64,000 nucleotides of DNA from Octopus sinensis (taxonomy: Eukaryota): NCBI RefSeq assembly GCF_006345805.1, contig NC_043000.1, positions 113,336,001 through 113,400,000 on the forward strand, in the 5' to 3' direction. A model generated the notes under the pieces. It was given only the letters and a program-made list of their open reading frames with translations, was not told the DNA's origin and did not search any database. This document shows positions 25,186 through 38,866 of this stretch, piece by piece. Both the position numbers and the translations under genes were made by a program. Numbering within the stretch: the first letter of the stretch is position 1; each line of letters starts with the position of its first letter.

Positions 25186-25802
25186 ATATGCATGACCAGA
25201 ATAACAGAGAACTATTTAAGCAAACAATAGCAATGGAGATAAGGGTGACGATTATGATTAGGATGATGAAGTAACTCGATGGAATTAAAGTGTACACACA
25301 CACATATACACTCGCATACGCATACCAACCTACCTACACACATACATACATACATACATACATACATACATACATGCGTGCATAGATATATGCATGCATG
25401 CATACATACATACATACATACATACATACATACATACATACATACATACATACATACATACATACATGCATATATACATGCATGCCTACATACATACATA
25501 GTACCGAATTACAAATTTGCTTCGGTTACGTTTATAGTTCTGAAATTTAAGGGAACTGCTGTCACGCAGATTGTCGTAGACGGAGTTCAAGAGAGACACA
25601 CACAGACAGAGACAGAGAAACACAGAGAGAGAGGGGGGAGACAAAGAAACTAAGAGAGAGAATACGCAACCTAGTAGTAGTAGTAGTAGAGTAGTAGTAG
25701 TAGTAGTTACTGTTGTAGCAGCAGCAGCAATTGTAGTAATTTATTGTCGCTTCATATATTGGATCTAAATCTATAAAATACATACATATATATATATGTG
25801 TG

Positions 25803-25841
<39 letters not shown>

Positions 25842-26544
25842 GTATATATATATATTATATATATATTATATATATATATATATAATATATGTATATATAT
25901 ATACATAATATATATATACATACATACACACACCCCTTCATTTATGCGTGTGTCTGTGTGTATAGATATTCAAATATACACGCACAAAAATAGTTATAAA
26001 TATGTATCTACATGCTGTATATGTAGTCCTGTATATATAAGTTTATATAGATGTGTGTGTGTGTGTGTGTGTATGAATATATGTGTGTATGCGTATATAT
26101 TTGTATGTATTCATGTACTTAAAACGGTAAGCGTGACAAATTTAGGAAGGCAAATTTGCGGTCGGCTTAGCAATTAAAAACGGAATGGTCTGTAAAATTT
26201 TAGAAAGATTGATAAACAAAAGCAAAGAAAAAGGACAAGAACAAACGAACAAACAAACAAACAGGGAAAGAAAAACAACAAACAAACAAACAAAGACACA
26301 AACAGAACTGATGGAATGTGTCTAAGAAGTAACAAATAAGGAAAAACTAAGTTATAACCAATTCGAAATAAAGAGATAAAGCAAACGCTTTGAGAGATTA
26401 GCGAAACTTTGGAGTGGCAGATTTTATAAACGTTGGCAAATTATGAAGGCAGCCATTTTGGTTTGACATATTTCACTTTTTTCATTCATTCATCTTATGC
26501 TATATTTGTCTCTCTCTCTCTCTATCTATCTCTCTTCTCTAACA

Positions 26545-26575
<31 letters not shown>

Positions 26576-26733
26576 AAATATGTTTTCTATTATTATTTTA
26601 TTGTTTTATTTTGGATTTATAAATTTGTATTTTTGTATTTGTTCCATCATTTTCATCAATTCTTAGCTAGTTCGAGCTTTCAAATATACGTCTGGATGTG
26701 TGTATGCATGTGCACTTATCTGTATGTATGTAG

Positions 26734-26767
<34 letters not shown>

Positions 26768-27281
26768 ATATATGCATATATGTATAGAAGATATATATAT
26801 GCATATATGTATAGATGATATATATATGCATATATGTATAGATGCATATACATATATATATACATGCATATATATATATACATATATGTACACATGCATA
26901 CATATGTATATATATATACATATAAATACACATATATATATATATGTATATGCATATATATATATGAATGGATTTATATGCATGTATATATGTATGTCTA
27001 TATACATATATATACATACATATATATATATACATATATATATATATACATACATATATATATATATATATATACATACATATGTAAATTATACATACAT
27101 ATACAGACATATATGTATCTATGTAAGTATACATTTATACATACAAGCTTATAAATATAAACTATACAATATATGTCATGAATAATTGTTTGTGTATGTA
27201 TATGTATATGCGTGTGTGTGCGCGCTTGCATGCGTCTGTGTCTGTGTTTGTGTGCCTATATATATGTATATTCTATATGAG

Positions 27282-27317
<36 letters not shown>

Positions 27318-28051
27318 GTTATATATATATATATATGCGTATATATATATCATATATATATATATATGCGTGTGGCTATGTATGTATGTATGTATGTATG
27401 TATGTATGTATGTATGTATGTATGTATGTATGTGTATGTTATGCCCATATATAGCCACAAACACGTATCTCTGTGGATGAAGACGATATCAATATTCATA
27501 ATAGACTACTTGAAAAATACGCCATCTACTTTAACTACAAATAATATAAACAGAAAATAAACGTAGGTTTCATATAAATTGCATCTAAAATCGCCTCCAA
27601 CTACGTGGGATATCATATTAAAAAAAATAATTGAAAAGAGGTAGCATCCATTAAAAAAAAATTAAAATATGAAACGATAGGAGAAATGTCTATTTAAATA
27701 TCAGTTAACTAATTAGTATTATATTTCTTTTAATAATTTTTGTGAATGTGATTTTCCATGTGGAATGTTGTGGTATATAAAATGCTGGAGACCGCTTCGG
27801 GTGAAACCGAACCGAAGCAATTGTTATTGGTTGCCTAGGTTTTCCATTTTTTAAAAGCTACCCCCATACTACAGTTATACGATACAAAATCGAAAGAGGT
27901 AGGTTTGGCCGAATACAGCAGGGCTATGTATAGAAAAATATACACACATATATACCTAACTGATCGCGACCAGCTATGTCTTTGTATGGAGCCTGCGTAA
28001 CTTTCAATCGCATGAGTCTGAATCAAGCTGTTTTAAATAATACACGCGCGC

Positions 28052-28082
<31 letters not shown>

Positions 28083-28470
28083 TACGTAGTTGGGAGCAGT
28101 AGTCCAAGCGGCTAAGAACGTATACGCTCCGAAGATGCATCACAGTCTCGTTTTCTCTTGTTTTGAAAGTTCGGCGGATCCATCCATCTAGCCGTCTCTA
28201 TTGTATTACCAAATTGATAACAAGCACTTGGAAAGTGGACAGTAAGCCATAACGAAGCCTACAGTAAACTCTAAAATCTTGCTTCCTAAATATCCTTTTG
28301 TATTGACCACGACATACAGTGATATGTAAACTGGTATGTAGACACCAAAAACTATACAGAGATTAAGAATATTTAACTACAATAACTACAATAATAATAT
28401 TTGAAAACAAGTAACAACTTCACTAGCAGTAGTAGTCGCAGCAGCAGCAGCAGCCGTAGTAGTAGTAGTA

Positions 28471-28502
<32 letters not shown>

Positions 28503-28817
28503 AATCAAAACGCGAAATGGTATTCTAGTGTCAACTCTGAACAAAAGACCATACCAGAAAGGTATCGAGGGTGTCACTAGACAAACGGTCGTTAGTTCCA
28601 TTTCTGTGTGTGTGTGTGTGTTTTATGCTGTTTTTGGTCGTTTTTTTTAGATTTTTTTTAAATTCTCACCTGAATTTATGTCAGACGAAAACTCAAAAGA
28701 GATAAAATGAATATTCAAATTTTTCTTTTAAGTAATTCAATAACTAAAAGAGAATGGTAAACACGTGTTTATACACACACAAACATATGACACACACACA
28801 TCACATACATATATGTA

Positions 28818-28879
<62 letters not shown>

Positions 28880-28888
28880 GTGTATATA

Positions 28889-28926
<38 letters not shown>

Positions 28927-30423
28927 TATATATATACGCATTTATATATACGTATTATATATATAGACGAATATATATACGTGTGTATGTGTGTGTGTGC
29001 GTGTATGTGCGTGTGTATGTATGCATGTGTGTATCTTTTGAAACTGTTTGTTCAATATCGCCAGTGTGAAAACCAACACAATTTAAGTAAAATCACAAAT
29101 TTATTGACTTTTAACATTTACTTTTGACTTTTAACTTTCCATAAAAACAAAAAAATTCTCTTAAAATTGATGTTAACACATGTTGCCTCTAATTTGTTGT
29201 TAAGCAAGCGAATGCACTTACAAAATAAACTACTACTGCTGCTACTACTACTACTAGTACTATGCACACACACAGACATACATAGAGACAGAGAGAGATA
29301 TATACACGCACACACGTGAGTACATCTCGCCCTACACATATACACCGTTATATTTGATACGCATCATATATCTCATATACATGATACGCATCATTTAATA
29401 CATATGGTGTATATATGTTATATATATATATATATATATGCTATTGCTTGTGTGTGTGCACGTGCACTTGAAAGCCACTATATGATATATATCATATAAA
29501 CTAAGCAAACAGTACTCTCCTAATGACGTCAGTCATTGTACAACGGTCATATTGGAGCACAGATTTGAAGGTTTAGCGAATTAAATGAAGGGCTCGTACT
29601 TATTCAGTTGCGAATGCTCGCGTCCAAGCTTTTTATGGTATTTGACTGCCACACATGAGCTTATTGTTTTGATTCTAAAACCGAACGTCACATTTTAGTT
29701 TTGCGTAAAATATTTCATTTTACGCTGCACTAACCTACGTATTTCAGAATAAGTTCCAGCAAAAACTGGACATTAACCTTGCGACGGACTGACATCCTAT
29801 TCCGCCGTCGACTGCACTGTCCTCTTACTTGCTTATACTAAGCTTCGGCTAAGCTGCATTCTGACGATCCTCTAATAGTATATCAGACATAAAAGTTATT
29901 CAATGGTTTTCTTTTGTAACGAAATGATATGGTACGAAGGTATAAGCAGAATGAACTCTTCTACATGCACTAAAGCATAAGTTCTCAAAGTGGGCGTTGA
30001 GACGGTCCAGGAGGGCGCTGGTGCGTTAGAGATAATCTGACGAACTGTTAAAGCTGCATTCTAAAATTCAGAACTCCAAATAGTTGGAACTAATATTGCA
30101 ATGCATCTCGTAAGACACTCAAAGAATTCTGCCCGACACCAACCGTGTTTGATCGACCCCCAAAAAGAGGGAAGACTAAATTGACCTTGGTGTGGTTTTA
30201 AACGAGCGCGCGGTGAGCAACCACAGTAAGCACTACAATATCCACTGGTGTTGCTTCCAAGGAGCCATCATAGTTAGTGATCCTGAGATCACTACTATTT
30301 GTTGTAGCTATCTGGCACATTCCCTCAGTCATACACTCAACTAATCTTGACATTAATGTTGACGACACAAGAAATTCTAGAACGTTGAAATTGACACAAA
30401 ACTATAGAAATTCCTGAACACAA

Positions 30424-30980
30424 GGCGCAGGAGTGGTTCCGGGTTCAGTCCCACTGCGTGACACCTTGGGCAAGTGTCTTCTACTATAGCTTCGGACCGA
30501 CCAAAGCATTGTGAGTGGTTTGGTAGACAGAAACTGAAAGAAGCCCGTCTTATATATGTATATATGTTATATATGTATATATAATAATATATTATATATA
30601 TATATATATATATAGTATATTATATATATATATTATATATGCATGCGCGGGACTAGAAATAATCGGACTGAATACCGGATCGCGCGGTTAAACCATTGGA
30701 GGTGAAGGACTCCTAGCCCTGTTAGGGCATCCTTCTAGAAGAAGTAACTCAGGTAACTGGGATAACTCCGACATAAAACCTGCGGCTCAGTTGTTACCAA
30801 TGATGTTCTTTTTTTCGGATTATGGCTGCTGTTGCTTAGTGAGTGTGATTGACTCAGTGCACAGCCTTTCCTCACTTTAAAAAAATCTACTTGCACAGGC
30901 ATTGCACGATAACAACATTGATTAAGCTTCGTGCAATGGCCATGCTCGATAACGAGAGGACAGGACACCATATATATATA

Positions 30981-31069
<89 letters not shown>

Positions 31070-31310
31070 GTATGTATATATATTATATATGTCTGTGTGT
31101 CTATGTTTGTCTCTCTAACATCGCTTTACAACCGATGCTGTTTACGTCCCCGTAACTTAGCGGTTCGGCAAAAGAGTCCGATAGAATAAGTACTAGGCTT
31201 ACAAAGAATAAGTCATGGGGTCAATTTGCTCGACTAAAGGCGGTGCTCTGGCGTTGCCGCAGTCAAATGACTGAAACAAGTAAAAGAGTAAAAGAGTAAA
31301 GAGAGAGAGT
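30424..31310 (+). mobile_element. SINE family A interrupted inside its internal (TA)n
   Basis: 5' half at 30424-30555, (TA)n, foreign insert ~30645-30968, (TA)n, 3' half at 31095-31310 ending (GAGTAAAA)n. Confidence 0.85.
30645..30968 (+). mobile_element. Insert resembling an RTE-clade LINE 5' UTR / non-autonomous derivative
   Basis: GCCCTGTTAGGGCATCCTTCTAGAAGAAG..AACTC...ATAAAACCTGCGGC resembles RTE 5'-UTR motifs as recalled. Flanked by (TA)n. Confidence 0.4.
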
Positions 31311-31314
31311 ACAA

Positions 31315-31950
31315 TACACAAATTTGTCCAAGGAAACAACATGCAGTTCAATGCTGAAAATTTTGAAGCAGTCTGCTATCATCCCACAAAGAGATTTCTA
31401 TCAGAAAAGATAGAACAAAGACATATTACGATCATGGAGTCATAAGCAGCGCGTGGTCTTGGAATCCACATGAGTAATGATGCATCAGTCTGTGTGCATA
31501 TGACAAATTTGTAAACAATCTGCATGTGACTGGCTGATTGGATTCTTAAATCATTCAGAACAAAGTACAAGCGAAACACGCTGGTATTGTGGAGAATATT
31601 TATTCTCAGTCACCTGGACGACTGCTCTCAATTATTATCGTCACAAAAGCATCAAGCGAACCGTGAAATTCGAGAATTCCAATGTTGTAATACCATTACG
31701 ATTGTTTCAGTTCAACTGACGAGCTACAGGGTGAGGATAAAAAAAAACTGGGGATCTGTTCCCGTCAATACTACCATTATTAGGAACCTCAGGATAATGG
31801 AGGGAGGCGTTGCACCGCGATTCATGCGTGGGAGTCACGAGTTCACTTGCCTCAAATCCACTCCAGAAGAATCTATTTCTGTACGAACAGATGCGGTGGT
31901 CGTGTGGGGAATGTATTTGATCATCGTTCTAGCCAGTGAGTACCGGATCT
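31315..31950 (+). pseudogene. CR1/L2-group LINE reverse transcriptase C-terminal remnant
   Basis: NNMQFNAENF..., GLGIHMSNDAS, WILKSFRTKYKRNTLVLWRIFILSHLDDCSQL, SY.VRIKK. Matches the CR1-type pattern MQFN..KF / LGI.M..D / LDYCS.LW, with frameshifts. Confidence 0.75.
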
Positions 31951-32475
31951 GATGTAGCAGCAACAACAACAACAACAAGAACAACACTGAAATAGACATC
32001 AAGATATACAAAAACCTTAGTACTACTGTAACCACTACCACAACCACCATTACAACAATCACTACTACTACTACTACTACTACTGTTAAAATGTCTCTGT
32101 GTAAACTTAGAATACTTTATATATATATATATTTAATCAGCCGAAATTACTACGATGATCCGGTTCTTGACTGAAGACTGAGGGTTTCGAATGTCCTGTC
32201 CGTGTTTATTGTATCGTCTTCTAAGAGTTTATACGTTCTTGTCCATGTTTGTATTTTTCTACATCCTTAATATATATATATATATATTATATATATATTA
32301 TTGTGTGTTGTGTGTGTGTGTGGTGTGTTGTGTGTGTGGTGTGTGTGTGGTGTATGTATTAACTTTTAAATAATGAGGGAGATAAATTGAATATTAATTT
32401 AATTAACATCATTTAAAACCAGTAGCCTAGCATATATGAAAAATCTGAAAAATCAGAGAAAATTTCAATACATAT

Positions 32476-32633
32476 GTATATTTAGAGCTAAAAACCACTA
32501 GGTGGATAACCATATGCTAGACGAAGATCATAAAGGATCCAATGTTCTGGAGAACATTCTATCTTTGTAGTTAGATCGTTTGTGATCTTCATCTAGCATA
32601 TGGTTATCCACCTAGTAGTGTTTAGCCCTAAAT

Positions 32634-32637
<4 letters not shown>
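32476..32637. mobile_element. Palindromic MITE-like element (~162 bp)
   Basis: TATTTAG(A/G)GCTAAA..C.ACTAGGTGGATAACCATATGCTAGA.GAAGATCA is present in both arms. The centre holds the self-complementary AATGTTCT-GG-AGAACATT. Confidence 0.75.
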
Positions 32638-32690
<53 letters not shown>

Positions 32691-34129
32691 CATACTTCCT
32701 TTCATGCGTATAAGTACAAATTGCAGGCAATGATGTGTTTAATATGCAAATTGCTTCATGCATCTGTGTTACACTGCCGAATCTCGTGGCAATCCAGGCA
32801 ACGGGAAAAAAGCGATAACGCTTGAAATATGCCCGGACACCCATTACCTATTTTGTCTACATTCCATTGTGCTGTTTTACATAGACGTACTTGTTAACAA
32901 AACGGCGTTACTGGCGGTGCTGACGCGTAATTCTATAGAAAATCTATCGTCATATAAATTAAATGAAAATATAGCTCGGCTAATAAATACACGATAAAAC
33001 ACTTGTTACTTGTTTACACCGAAATAGATAAAGCCTTGTTTTCTACTAATAGACCTAGACTCACCAAATCTTTGTTTCCAACTTTAGACCCGATCTAAAG
33101 AAAGAGTTGTCTACTCTATGCGTCGGGCTGAACACCTCCTAATCAATTATTATTGCCCCGTTCTGACCAAATCCTTCACCTCTACACTATTACCTGGATG
33201 GCCTAAGCCTTGTCTCCAGCTAGTCCAGAGTTAATAAAAAAATTGTTTTCTAAAGCACCGCACTGACAGATTATTTTCAACAACATTTGACACGTTCTGA
33301 TATAATATTGTCTTCGAATCTAGAACCAGTCTAACAAAACCTTTGTTACCCTTCGACTCCAACTGTCTAAAATCTTCTTTCCGCTGCTATAACGAGCAAA
33401 CCAAGGACATTTAATATAGCCTCTCCCTGACCAACCCAAGTTATATTCTTTAGCTTTGATCCGATCAAAACTTTGTCTAGTGCTATAGATCCGGCCAGAT
33501 CAAAGCTTTTACTTCTGTGAAAGCCACTGACAGCCTAAATGTTTAATGCTTTCAAAGAAATCCTATATCGAAAGTTTGTCATCTAATATTGATTTGGGTG
33601 ACCTATACATTCCTCCCTATTTTAGCTCAGGTGCTACCAAAACATAGATTCCTGTTTGAGTTGGATTAGACAAAGCCTAGATATCTCTTATTGTACTGGG
33701 CTGAGGAAAATATATCTGTTTTTCTACTAATATATTTCTGCGCTTCTTATCTTTGTTTCTTATCCTTGTTTCCCATCACCTGGAGCTGAAGGAAACACGT
33801 CTTTAACAATAGCCGCAGTGTTTTGCTCACTGCTTTCAAATTTAGCACACGTCTGGATATGTTAACTCTCAGCAGGAAAAGGACTGAGTCACTGAGTCTT
33901 GTAGAACATCCTAGCTTAACATGTGCCGTTATAAATAAAAAGAAAATCGACGTCGCTGACTATATTATTCAGCAGGGTGCCGCCAAAGTCACACCAGCTC
34001 CCTCCAACAAGAATTGGGCCTAAAGATATGGAAAATAAGTAGTATTGCCTTTATAACATTCATATCACGTGGCATAGAGGCTCAAAACCAAGATTTCTTT
34101 AAAATGTCTCTCACGCTGCTCCTTGTATC

Positions 34130-34384
34130 TTAGGAGGTAGACGTTTCCAACGAATCCACAGAATTCTAAGGCACAAGGAGACCGTCCAGAAGAGTTGCAG
34201 GAGATTCCAAAGTCGTCTGGAAGACGTGGGTGAAGCCAATGGTGATTTCATTGCATAAATTTACTCCTTAATATTTCAAGATATTTTAATGCAATTTTGG
34301 TAAATATATCTGTTAAAATGGGATATCGGTGTTATTTTCATTTTTGTGTAATTTAGATGACAATTTATTCATCGCACCCTGTAT
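34130..34384 (+). pseudogene. Tc1/mariner DD37D (maT-like) 3' end
   Basis: KETVQK.CRRFQSRLEDVGEANGDFIA*, then a 3' region ending GCACCCTG-TA. Homologous to 56753-57295. Confidence 0.75.
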
Positions 34385-34444
34385 ATATATGAATGTATGT
34401 ATGTGTGTGCGTGCGAGTGTGCGTATGTGTACATAATATATATA

Positions 34445-34606
34445 CAACGGCCTTCTTTCAGTTTCCGTCTACCAAATCCACTTACTAGGCTTTGATGCGT
34501 CAGAAGCTATAGTAGAAGATACTTGCCCAACATGCACGCAGTGGGAGTGAACCCGGAACCATATCCTTGGGAAGCAAGCTTTTTACAACACAGCTACACC
34601 TGTACC
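34445..34606 (-). mobile_element. SINE family A, 5' half
   Basis: CTTCTTTCAGTTTCCGTCTACCAAATCCAC...GCAGTGGGAGTGAACCCGGAACC. Confidence 0.8.
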
Positions 34607-34650
34607 TATATATATATATATATAATATAATATATTATATATATATAATA

Positions 34651-34715
<65 letters not shown>

Positions 34716-35494
34716 TGATAGATAGATAGATAGATAGATATAGATATAGATATATAGATATAGATATATAGATATGTATGTATGTATGTAGGTATGTAGG
34801 TATGTATGTATGTAATGTATGTATGTATGTATGTATGTATGTATGTGAATGTGTGTGTATGTATACACGACACATCTAATTTTGAAGTCACGAACAAATT
34901 ATAAACACCAGCGAAACCAGCAGCAGCAACAGCATCACTACAAACCACAACATCAGTCCTACCTCCAACACCAGCAGCAACACCACCAGCACCACAAACA
35001 ACAACGACAACAACAACAACATCTTCAACAGCAACGCATTGAGCAATCGAAGCGACTACAATAACAATGGCGACAGCCATAATCTTAAGAACAATGGCTT
35101 ACTTTCCAAGTTATTCTTTTCTCCATTTACGGTGCGCCAGCAAAGGTTAAGGGCTCTGCCCCTCATCACCAGAACAACTCCCTCTCCACAGCAAACACAC
35201 ATCTTACAAACCATAGTCTGTTGCAGCATTATTGGAAAGGCACTGCTAATTAAATGCAATTTGGAGAAAAAAATGAAATTAGTCAATGACCTTTGAATCA
35301 CCTTCTATATACTTGTCTACACTCGCTACAATTTCAATATATTGCGGTCTAACAATATATCTCTGTGTACGAATGTGTGTGTGTGCGTGTGTGTGTATAC
35401 GTGTATGTGTGATTGAATATAAGTATATATATATATATACTGAATATATGTATATATGTCTGTATGTATATACTTATATATACATGCATAATAC

Positions 35495-35532
<38 letters not shown>

Positions 35533-35878
35533 ATGTATTATGTATGTATATATAAGTATATACAGACATATATACATATATTCACACATATATATATTCT
35601 TTATCTCGATCGTTTTATTTTCCACGAATTAGATTATATATATTCTACAGGGAACCTAATTGACACACAAACACACACACATACGCGTGTGCACACATAT
35701 ACATACCCACAAACACGCACATTGAGAGAAAAAAATGCAAGAATGTATACATGTAAGCCTACTGACTCATACCAGAACTTCGATCAGTACTGATCGATAG
35801 AAATGCACATATATACGACCGTATGTATGTATATTTGTATCGTGCAAAAGTGCTTACGTACACACCATATATATATAT

Positions 35879-35927
<49 letters not shown>

Positions 35928-36028
35928 CTATATATATATAAATATATATAAAATTATATGTTATTTATGTATGTATATATATAATATATATTATAATATA
36001 TATGCATATATATTTATGTATGTATGTG

Positions 36029-36088
<60 letters not shown>

Positions 36089-37519
36089 TATATGTATGTG
36101 TATGTATATATGTGTGTATGTATGTATGTATGTATGTATGTATGTATGTATGTATGTATGTATGTATGTATGTATGTATGTGTGTATGTACTGTACTGTG
36201 CTGTACGCAGTCGTATTTAAACTGGTTACTTCCTCCAATCATGTCTTACTATCTGGATTAGAAAAATATCCTCCAAGCCATTTCGACAGTTCCGCTGGAA
36301 TTGATTTATTTTTCTGGTATTGTATTCTTGTTGTCGTTGTTATTGTTGGTCGTGGAGATGGCGGGGTGGGGCGGGGGATGGTCGGAGGCGGTGTTGATGT
36401 GAGTGAGCGACGTCGAGTTGATGATGCTCTAATTCCCTGCATCATATATGTCTCTTTTACACTGGTTCTTTTTTTTTTACTTTTTTCTTATCTTTCTTTA
36501 TTTCTTTGGTTCTTTCTTCCTTTCTTTCTTTCGCTTTATATTGCTCTTATTTCTCTCTGTTTCTGTCTCCTTCTCTCGCACAAATAACACGTCAGCATTA
36601 CTTTAATGCTGAATATCACCGCACCGCCATCACCACGCCCATGACCATCACCTCCACCACCACTATCACCACTACTACTACTGCTACTATTACATCTACT
36701 GCTAACACTAATACTACTCCAAGTACTACTGATGCTAATACTACTGCGACTGTACGGCATCAACGTCCATGTCAGCCAAATTAATAGCAGCAAATAACAA
36801 GTCGCTGCCGTTCCAAGTACCACCACCACAGACACATAACGATAGACAAATCGCTCTAACACATACAAACACTCACAAATGCACATAGGAACGATCACAT
36901 GTATACAGGCATACATACATGTGTGTGTGTACGTGCCTGTGTGGTTGTGTGTGTTTGCATGCATGTACACGTATGTTTACGTTTAATACTCTGATGCATA
37001 TATATATATGGGGAGAAATTCAAAGGCAATGTAGAAAAGATTGCATTGAAAGACTGAGCAAATACCAGAATTATAACGACAATGTTACATAAAGCAATTA
37101 TATTTAATAAAGGACAAGTGCCATGTGGTTAATGTCGTTCAGAGAAACTCCATATTCTTCTTTTTTGTCAACCAATATCGAACAAAATAGTGAACTTCCA
37201 CTTGCCGACATGCGCTCAATGTATGTTGAACTTGAAAAGGGCTCTCTTTGTACAGTTGACGTTAATGGCAGGATGAAAGTTTGTGAAGGGCATCAGAGCA
37301 AAACTATTGATAATTACTTTCAGTATTCAAATATGTGTAAGTATATTTACAGACATGCGGGCGCATGCACACACATATATTTCTTACGTGTACAAGGAAA
37401 GTGGTGTCGGTGACTTCGAAGTTTCGGCCTACCGGCCTTTGTCGGTCGTGCGATAGTGTTCCATTTTACAGTTCAACGGGTTTTAGATTTCCAATTGGCA
37501 TTTCTACTTAAGCTCTGTA

Positions 37520-37752
37520 CTATATCAATAAAGTAGTACAAAGGATACACGGGGCAGAGGAACAAGGGAACAGATAGTTCATAACTGGCAAGGGGAACGG
37601 CAGACGTAAAATAAGCAGACCACCCACTTCTTGGCTGAAAGACATCGCAGTCACAGGATTGTCTTTATTCTCAGCTATCCGTGGGGTAGAGGACAGGAGA
37701 AGGTGGAAAGACATCGTGATGACCACAGCATCGCATAGTGCGACACCTGACT
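37520..37752 (+). pseudogene. RTE-clade LINE 3' terminal fragment
   Basis: GK..R..RPPTSWLKDIAVTGLS..AIRGVEDRRRWKDIV fits the RTE C-terminal GxR.RGRP...W.D....A.DR..WR motif. Confidence 0.6.
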
Positions 37753-38402
37753 AGGAATATATATATTCCTATGTATCCGTGAATACCACCCTTACTGCAT
37801 CGTTTTCTTTTAGAAGACACCTGAGGAGTCACTTACTAATTAAACTATATTTCCGAGGCACAAAGGTTAAAATTATTTCTGCACTCATTATATGGAAATT
37901 TTATTCTTAAAAGTGTTCGCTATATGTACCTGAATTAGACACATTGCCAAGAATTTATTTTTTCGTTTCCGAAAGTATGAAAGGCAAATCTAACGTGTTA
38001 GTGATTTGAAATCGCAACGTAAAAACCAAAAAACCACAAGTCATTTGATCTTTCGCTCTAACGAATCTGCCAATCTATACAGTTCTATGATGTCTGCCAT
38101 ATATCAAAAGCTAGACCGAAAAATCCTATCCAATATGATGATGTAAACAGCATATGTAAATGTGACAGTGAATGTGCTTTGAAAATAGCATCTTTGATAT
38201 TGCGGTATCAGTTATTACTGTGGTGACATCAATTATCACCTGTCATTTAGCCAATTGATGGATGAGTCTTAAGTCTCAGCTTCAGCAGAACACTAGTATA
38301 GTGAACTCTCCTTTGGATTGAATTAGTCTAGCTCAGTAAACTCTCTGTTTCATCAATGGAATTCAGACATGTGCACATAAGCATATTCACTATGTTTACA
38401 AG

Positions 38403-38713
38403 GAATAAGCCCTGGGGTCGATTCGTTCGACTAAAGGCGGTGCTCCAACATGGCCGCAGTCAAATGACTGAAACACATAAAAACAAAAGAAAGTATATAT
38501 ATATATATACTCTTACTCTTTACTCTTTTACTTGTTTCAGTCATTTGACTGTAGCCATGCGCTGGAGCACCGCCTTTAGTCGACCAAATCGACCCTAGGA
38601 CTTATTCTTTGTAAGCCTAGTACTTATTCTATCGGCCTCTTTTGCCGAACAGCTAAGTTACTGGGACGTAATCACACCAGCATCGGTTGTCAAGCGATGT
38701 TGGGAGGGCACAA

Positions 38714-38745
<32 letters not shown>

Positions 38746-38822
38746 GCACATATATACGACGGGCTTCTTTCAGTTTCCATCTACCAAATCCACTCACAAG
38801 GCTTTCGTCAGCCTGAGGCTAT
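38403..38822. mobile_element. SINE family A pieces tail-to-tail: + 3' fragment (38403-38490) and - copy (38508-38822)
   Basis: CTGGGGTCGATT.G.TCGACTAAAGGCGGTGCTCCA.CATGGCCGCAGTCAAATGACTGAAAC, followed by its reverse complement. Confidence 0.85.
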
Positions 38823-38825
38823 ATA

Positions 38826-38865
<40 letters not shown>

Positions 38866-38866
<1 letters not shown>

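Noticed and set aside
28085-28125. tRNA-like A-box GTAGTCCAAGCGGCTAAG
   Set aside because: No B box or cloverleaf follows. No intact tRNA gene was found anywhere in the window, and SINE heads are tRNA-derived only.
32130-32275. (TA)n-flanked piece containing CTGAAGA...CGAATGTC, a possible hammerhead
   Set aside because: Neither stem I nor stem II can be formed, and GAAA is incomplete.
36254-36300. Possible 45-nt minus-strand exon ([14 protein letters not shown]) before GTAAGA
   Set aside because: The acceptor is weak, and such matches are expected by chance in 64 kb.
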